Origin: Lama glama
Taxonomy: Eukaryota
Direction of reading: 5' to 3'
DNA: 64,000 bases
Assembly: GCA_028534125.1 (NCBI GenBank)
Contig: CM052816.1
Coordinates: 46,750,001 to 46,814,000, forward strand
Shown: piece by piece, positions 56,150-64,000 of the stretch
Position numbering within the stretch: the first letter of the stretch is position 1
Layout: each line of letters opens with the position of its first letter
Made by a program: the position numbers and the translations under genes
The notes under the pieces: model-generated
Databases searched by the model: none
Told to the model about the DNA's origin: nothing
What the model saw: only the letters and a program-made list of their open reading frames with translations

Positions 56150-57160
56150 ACAAAAGTAGGAGAAGAAGAGCAAGGGGGAGAGGTCAGGGGATGGGTGGGG
56201 AGCAGGAGCAGTATTAAATAGAGCGGTCAAGGTGGGCCTCCTTGAGAAGGCCAGATTTTGAGCAGAAACTTGATGACAGTGATGGAGTTAACCATAGAAA
56301 TGAGACAAGAATGAGGGCGGGAGGAGGAGGATGATAGGAAATCAGATCATGGAGCCTGGCGGAAACTGGAATTTATAGGGCCTTGTGGAACATTGGAAAA
56401 AGGTGGACTTTAACTCAAGTGAAATGGGAGCTCTCACAGGGTTTGGAATAGAGAATTACCATCATCTGACTTATGCTTTTAGAGGACCTGTCTGATTGCT
56501 GCATTGAAAATAAAAAGGGGATCTGGGATAGAATCACATGACTATTAGAGGTGACTGCAGGGGTCAAGGCAAGAGATGTCGGTTCAAATCAGGGTGGTAG
56601 CCGTTAAAGAGTAAGAGGTGTTTGTAGACTATGTTTGGAAGTTGAGCCAAAAGGATTTCCCAGTAGACTGGATGTGGGGTGTGGGAGAAAGAGAAGATAC
56701 AGGGGTGACTCCAAGGACTTTATTCTTGTAGACAAAAGCATTGAGCTGTCATCAGCTGGAGATGGGAGAGGTGTGAGTGGACTAGACTGGAGTTGTTTTG
56801 AGATGTCAGACGTTTAAGTAGAAGTACTGAGGGGTTTAGCTGGATGTGCAAAAGTGGAATCAGGACAGAGATCTGAGCTGGAGGCAGAAAGGGTCTGTGG
56901 TTCTCTCACCTTCAGAGAGCAGAGTGAAGAGGAAGAACCAGCAGCAAAGGCTGAGGAGGAGCAGCCATCGAAATAAGAGTGAAGTTCATGGCCACGGAAG
57001 GGAAGGAAGTTTATCAAGGAGAGATCAGCTGTGTCCCAGTTCAGGACTGAGAAGTTACCATTGGATTTAGCAACCTGAAGGTTATCAACAACTAAGACAT
57101 GAGCATTTTCAGTGAAGTGATGAGGAATAACTTTTTAATGGAGTGAGTTGAGAGAAAGCA
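56150..57160 (-). mobile_element. LINE-2 fragment
   Basis: Purine-rich degenerate L2 text (cagatcatggagcct, gtgaaatgggagctc, atctgacttatgctttta, ggtgactccaagg). Confidence 0.7.
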
Positions 57161-57628
57161 GTGTGTTGTATTTACATCCCAAGTCACAAGTGCAGAAGTG
57201 TCATTGGTGATGTGATTTTCCAAAGTGGTGAATAATTTTTAATAAAGTTCCTTAGACAAACAAAGTAGAACATTCCCTCAACCTGCATTCTGGGAGTTTC
57301 AGTGAATAGTAAAATCTATGTTTTAGAGTATAAAAAATACCTTGTGTTTGCGGAACAAAGTTAGTTATGACTCAGATCATTATTAAACAGGTTTTTTTTC
57401 ACACACATGTATGTCCAGTGAAGCATTTGAAGGTCAGATGATGTAAGAGACAATTCTTTGTTGAATGTAGAAGCATCCCACAGATAATACAGCACACCTA
57501 CCCATCCACCTGGAAAATGCCAGCCATACTCCCTAATCATTGTGACACCCCCAGATTTCCAAAATGCTCCCTATAGGAGAGATAGTCCACCCATGTAGGG
57601 TACCACTATTCTAGATTAAGAGCGTCAC

Positions 57629-58105
57629 TGTCAGGGCTCCAGTGGGAAACAGATGGGAAACTCAAAAGGGCAATCAGAGTTCAGTAAAGGGACTTTTTAC
57701 AGATGAACAGAGTTCAGGGAAACCTGAAGGAGTAGTGAAGCACATTTGGGTGTACAGCCTGGAAGCTGTTACCACATCTAGGTCTGAAGGAGCAAGAAGA
57801 GGAGGGAGAAGTTACTGGAGCACAGCAAGATCTATGTCTGCAGGAAAGAGGACCGACCCCCAAAGGGGTGTGACCCTCACTAAGGGAATGCAGCCTCTGT
57901 CATCCTGTGATCCAGCAAGAAGGATGCTACAGTAGGAAAATACTCTGACCTCTCTTTCGTACTCTGTCCTTCCACAAGTGCCTCCACTGGCCTCAGTAAA
58001 GCCAGCGGGCAGGGGAGCCTGGTGGATGCAGTCTGGAGGGTCAGCCTCCCGGCCCAAGCAGCGAAGAGGGTGGAGAGAGGTTTTGGAGGGGCAAATGAGG
58101 TTGCT
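57629..58105 (-). mobile_element. ERVL-type solo LTR (LTR41-like)
   Basis: gatgcagtctggagggtcagcctcccgg...gggtggagagagg...ggaggggcaaa resembles the reverse complement of an old ERVL LTR 5' end; family name is from memory. Confidence 0.5.
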
Positions 58106-59690
58106 TTACTTTGTTTTCTTAGGTATGCTGGAATAATTCTTATTTGGCCTTTTAATAAAGGAATACAGTATTTTATTGATCCTGTAGACATTTATTATAC
58201 AGCATACTATCTTTTGTTGTTTAAAAGGCTCTGAGAATCTGGGGATATAGTCATTCTTTGATTTCTTATCAAACATTTGTTTTTCATTATATCATGGTGT
58301 TTGTCCAAAATTATTTTTGTTACCCTATTTACAAAAGATAAAGCCTAATAAAGTATGACTCTGTTCATACAGCACTTGAACGTTTTTTTTTTCCCCTCTA
58401 AAACAATGAAGAATCAAAGACATGGCAATGAAAAGAGTTCTGACACATTTGCTCTTGTTAGTATCACCACGCCCAGGTCATGGAAGAAAAGAAAAAATAG
58501 GAAGAATAAAGAATAAGGGAGCAGAGACATAAACAGAGATAGTATTTTAGTTATCCCCAGGATAAATATGGGACTCTTGCAAATCACGACATATGACACA
58601 GGTCAGCCAATCAACCAGTACAAGAAACTTGATGTTAGGATGACAGGAGAAAAACAGTAAAGGAGAAAACTTTGGGCCACATGCACAGATGCATTTAAAT
58701 TTGCACGATGGCTTATTAGAGAATCCCCAAGAGAATATTCTGTATCAACCCTGTGTCTAATATATATATTAGATTCACACACATAAATATTTACTCATGC
58801 ATATATCCATTTTATATTAAGAATGCTGTATTTTCTGACACCCTGTGAATCCTCTGGCAATATATTCCAACAGTATTTTCATTTATAATGTTAAAAACAA
58901 AAAAAGGGGGAGAGAGAATTACAACTATGATTATCTAGCTAGTGCAAGGAGAAAAATAAACATTATTTGGCTTAAATGGCCAAAATAATACTGAAAATCA
59001 ATCACTGAGACCTGAATTACTCTGATTAGGCATCCACACAGACACAGTTCACTAGCTGTCTGCCCACTCTCTCATTTGAGATTGAGGTCTTACCATCTGT
59101 CAGTGTCAGTATATCCCAAACTGTGAAGTGTAACATATATTCTGAACTATCATTTTAAAATATGAATTATTGAATGATACATGCTCTTTTGAATCCTGTA
59201 TCTTAAAATGTCTATTATCTTTAGAGCTACTTTCGAAAGACAGATTTTTAAAAAATAATAATTAAAGTATATGTGCTATTCACATGCCTGGAGATGATTT
59301 TATATCATTAAACTTCTGCATAAATATGCTTCAATAAGCAATTAAACCGAAGGCTCCGGTTTGCATTTTAATCCTTTTTCTCTGCGAAGTCATCACAATC
59401 ATGTACCTTTGATCTTGCAGTCATTTCTGGCACCAGATTCAGATATCACAAATGAACAATTACTACTTAATAGAATGGAATTCGGAGACAATGGAGTCTA
59501 ATGAAATGGGGCTTTGTTTTAAACAAAAGTGAAACGTTTTCTAATAGTTGCAAAGAGAGAGTTCTAAGCACATTAAAGAAATCAATTTATGATCTGAACA
59601 TCTTGAGAGCTCTTCTTAATGGTCTTCTAGATACCAAGCAGTTTGGAATTTGAAATTTCTCTTGGAAATGTAAAGGCTGTCTGTACTTGA

Positions 59691-60032
<342 letters not shown>

Positions 60033-62067
60033 TGAGTTCCAGTTTTCCTTTTGTTATGTTTCTTCATTGCTTAATGCCCACCCTGACTAGGTCTTCTAGA
60101 GATAAAGCCTAACACTGCTAGCATATCTTTTGAAATCTTTCATAATCTGCAGTTTATCTGTTCAGCCTATCTGTCACCAGTCCTCATGTGGTTACATCTT
60201 AACCACATCTTTCCTCAAACAGAACGTCACATACTCTGTCTCCATGCCTTTGCTTCTGCTCTTCTCCTGCCTAAAATACCATTTTCCCTCTTCCTCCTGG
60301 CCATACAACACCTCTTCCATGAAACCTGCCCTTGTGTTCTCTGATAGCATTTATCTCATTTAGTTACTTATTATTTTGGTCCATTTTTATTTGTTTTTTA
60401 CAGTGACATTGCAGAGGATTTAAGGCAGAAAGGAAATGTGATGGGACAGCATAATTTATAAGTGTGAACTAAAAACAAAACTGTCAGAAATGAAGTTAAG
60501 AACACATCATAAGGACATGTACACCTGCCACAAATTTGTGTCTACACTTTTTGGACATCCTTATGGTTATACAATGTACAGTGTCCCAGAGAAAAGATAC
60601 TGTTCCTCAGGAGAAGTTTAACCATTCTTAGAACTCAAATCAAGCAAAACACAATTATGATGTGCTATACTGACTATGTGTCATTTCCCCACTGAACTTA
60701 AAGAATCTTGAAGGGAAGAATGTCTCTTGATTTGCCAGGCTCACAGTAGGAACTAAGTAAATGTGTGTTGAATGTAACTAAACAATTCCTTCATTTTTCT
60801 AAAAAAGCACCCCAAATCATTGTATTTCTAAATCGTATGCAGCCAATCATTATATATTCAAGTTTTATTTTTTAAAAAAGCACTTCATAGGAAAATTTTA
60901 ATATCTCTTAGACACACTTAACTATATTAAAAACAGTTTATTCACAGAAGAATTTTTCCTTCAGAATACTTACATATCTGTCTTATAAGTAGAACTCAAC
61001 ATGTATTACTTTTTAGTACAGGAACTTCATGGAGAAAATACAATCAAAATAAGCCACATTGCAAAAAATTCTTGATGAATCTGAGAGATGTGTATAAAGG
61101 ACTTCATTATGTCATTCTTTCTACTTTTGAATATGATTGAAAATTTTCATAAGCATTTTCAAGAACCATACATATTCCTTTCAGATCATACACAAATGCT
61201 GTTGAATGTCCTATTTAATGAATTTATGCTCATTTATTTTTTTTAAATCTCATACTTTATTTCCAAAATACTATTTGATTGGCAATAATAAACATTTTCT
61301 TAAAATGTAATGAACATTTTCTTCTAATTCTAAACCCAGAACCAAATAATAATTATAAAATATCACTTATTTCAATTAGAAAATAATCTAGATGATATTC
61401 CATTCTTTTGGCTAAATTTTGTTCCTAAAAAAATAAAAATAATGATCATATTCAGTATCTTTTTGTAATATCCCAACTTTCATAAATAAACATTGCCAAA
61501 TTTTGATGTACTTTCTAAAGTTAGCCATGCATAAGTATATGTTTCTAAATTTGTAGGCAGTAAAACCTATAAATAAAATCAGTAAATAAAATTTGGGTAG
61601 TAAATGAGATCATTCACCGTAGGAAGATTCATGAAATGACCAAAGTTCTGAACAGTTAGCATTGCACATTAGCGTTATAAAATATATTTACAAAGAATTA
61701 AACATCGAATATATTGTTATTTGAGCACATAGTAAACCTTATTATTTTACTTTTAAGACAATACCCTCTTTTGAAACACTCACTTGAAAATAATAAAAAT
61801 TTAGAGACCATTCAAAGACTAGGTTTTTTAAATGTACCCTTTCTTAGAAAAAAAAAAGATTCTGCAAAATGTCAGTGACAGAATGTATTTTTAATGTTTG
61901 CGCACAGCATGTCACAGTGAAACAAATGTCAGCTATCCCACTTAGGTGATATTTTACAAATTTAGGACTCTTAGGCAAGGACAAAACACTGAGGTTGCTA
62001 AAGGTAAAGTGCATTGTTCTGTGAGCCTTTGGTCTTTCTCCTGTTGACCTTCCTCTTTCATCCACAG

Positions 62068-62115
62068 GTGGTCTGATGGGTGGAGACCTCACATCCGGTG
62101 CAGGCACCAGTGCAG
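62068..62115 (+). CDS. MEF2C: MEF2C 48-nt exon, (G)GLMGGDLTSGAGTSA(G)
   Basis: Acceptor tcctctttcatccacag and donor CAG|GTGAGT at 62116; phase 1/1 joins in frame with the previous exon. Confidence 0.95.
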
Positions 62116-64000
62116 GTGAGTGGAGACTTCATACTGCAACATGCATCACTGTTTAAGGTTCCTTTACTGGGTAATTTGCAGTCAGTCAGTCTTTCAAACA
62201 AAGTGAATTTGAGAGATCTGTGAGGCATGGGAAAATGACCCCAAGAATTTCTAAGGTACTTTTATGAAGCAGGAGTGATTGGATAGTAACTTAGAAGACA
62301 ACTGTTTATTAACTAGACCATCCCTTAATAAAACTTCAACTAGACAACATAATCAAAATTGGGGGTTCTGATCAATTGAATCCTGGATGCCACCTCTGAA
62401 GACAAAAGTACCTTTAGTAAGCCTTGCCAGTCACGTTCTGTGTTAATCATTTCACATTGAATGTGAATGACATTCTACACGAAGAAAGACTGACCTCCTG
62501 TACATTTCTAAAGAAGAATACATACAGAAAAGGAAGGAGTGAGGATATAACCATTCAACAATATTGTTAATGAATAAAACCACATTTGGCATTAGGATGA
62601 GCTCTTAGAGAATGTGAATCCAGTGTACCTGCCAAATAGCCCCTTACGTATATTCCAGCTCTTAAGAACTTCTTCCATTCCAGTATGTCATAGCCACACT
62701 TCTCCAGGGTTCCATATGAATTCATATTATTGTGATTATTGAGATATTTATGTCATTTTCAGTGCAGAGGTAAGACAGCACAGTACTTTTTATTGCTAAC
62801 TGCAGTTCACTATTGGCATAACAAGTAACCATGGTAATTCCTGCAGCTGGAACATGCTATACATTTAAAATAGTAGCAGGCAGGCATGACTAACACAAGG
62901 TTATGTTTGAAATGTCAAAAAAAAATTCAAGTTTATTGAAATATCTATGGACAGCCTAATTAAAATATTTTGCCAGGTTCAAATATAATGGCCTGCTAAT
63001 TATAAGAAAGAAGATAAAAAATTGGCGTATAAAAACATTTTTATAAATATATCCATTTGGGGGTAATGTTTCTTGCTTCTGATGTTGGCTCTCACTAATT
63101 CAGTGAAGAAGTATTAGAACATCACGGTGAATTAACAAACAGAATCAATGGCACTAGCTTATTTTATATAGCTTTTGAAAATTAGAGTCAAATTAATGAG
63201 TAAACTGAGTATGCTCTTTTGCTGGACATTGAAACAAAGTGTTTGGTTTTTTTCCCTCAAAAAATACTTTGTGCTTTGTAGCCTGAAAATTACAGAACCA
63301 GATCAAAGCTAGACCAGTAGGTCTTGGATTCAAGTCTCTGCCAAACACTATGTTTTAGAGAGGATGTTGGGGACTGACAGTTGGGTTGTCACAAAGACCA
63401 AGAAAAAAGATAAATAAGAAAAATGGTTTAGATGTTACGATACTTTATCCAGTATCTCGATGTATCAGTTTGTTTGCTCTCATGGGAACTTCCAGTAGTG
63501 GTGGTGAAAGTTATTAGAAGTAGTAAAAGGAAAAAACACATGGAGTTGAGAGTGGGGAAGGGTTATTCCTCTTTGATCAAAGTGGCTTTTTGTTACTGCT
63601 AAATAGCTGGAATGCTTTAGAATTCTATACTGAAAATAAGTGGTGGTGTTCAATTATGATGTCATTGTCAATTCCGTGACAGTCTGCTAAGGTTAAATGG
63701 CCCTCCAGGGACAAAAACAATCTTGTAAGCATAAAAGTTAGCCGCACATAGGCTACAGCGTCATCGAACTAAAAAAAAATCTTCTGAGCTTAGCAAATTC
63801 ATCCCCCTACTTCAAGACCTCTGCCATAGGCACGAGAATCTTGTACTTCAAAAGTAGAAACAAATGAAAAGAAAGACACTCAGTTGCTCCATCCTGATGA
63901 TAATAAACATTATCTCTTGATGATTATATCTTATATCCAGGAGAGTGTATAATTTTCACAGTTTCTATACAGTTGTGAAAGAGTTGCTTCCCCACTTTTT

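Noticed and set aside
59344..59362. AAACCG-N7-CGGTTT hairpin
   Set aside because: A 6-bp stem is unremarkable, and nothing else suggests a structured RNA.

Overview
AT-rich mammalian genomic DNA holding the 5' part of the MEF2C coding region on the + strand. It is not prokaryotic, and the ORF track is almost all spurious. Six exons can be read with canonical AG/GT boundaries: the start-codon exon (exon 303/306-498, CDS 445-498), the MADS/MEF2-domain exon (18372-18575), the mutually exclusive alpha1 (50857-51000) and alpha2 (51060-51197) exons, and two downstream exons (59763-59949, 62068-62115). The gene continues beyond the window. Introns carry tRNA-Ala-derived SINEs and L1 3' ends that suggest a camelid, plus old MIR, L2, CR1/L3, MER and LTR relics. 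The notable non-coding signals are a FOX:ETS element matching my recollection of the Mef2c F10 endothelial enhancer (8201-8243) and two perfect MEF2 sites 22 bp apart (30156-30187, candidate autoregulatory enhancer). Splicing signals of note are a 59-nt alpha1/alpha2 spacer, an in-frame internal alpha1 donor, an in-frame alternative donor at 59941 and a (UG)n-containing candidate cryptic exon (22751-22823). I see no evidence of a wholly new biological system; the best leads are regulatory and splicing hypotheses. Repeat boundaries and family names are by eye and approximate.
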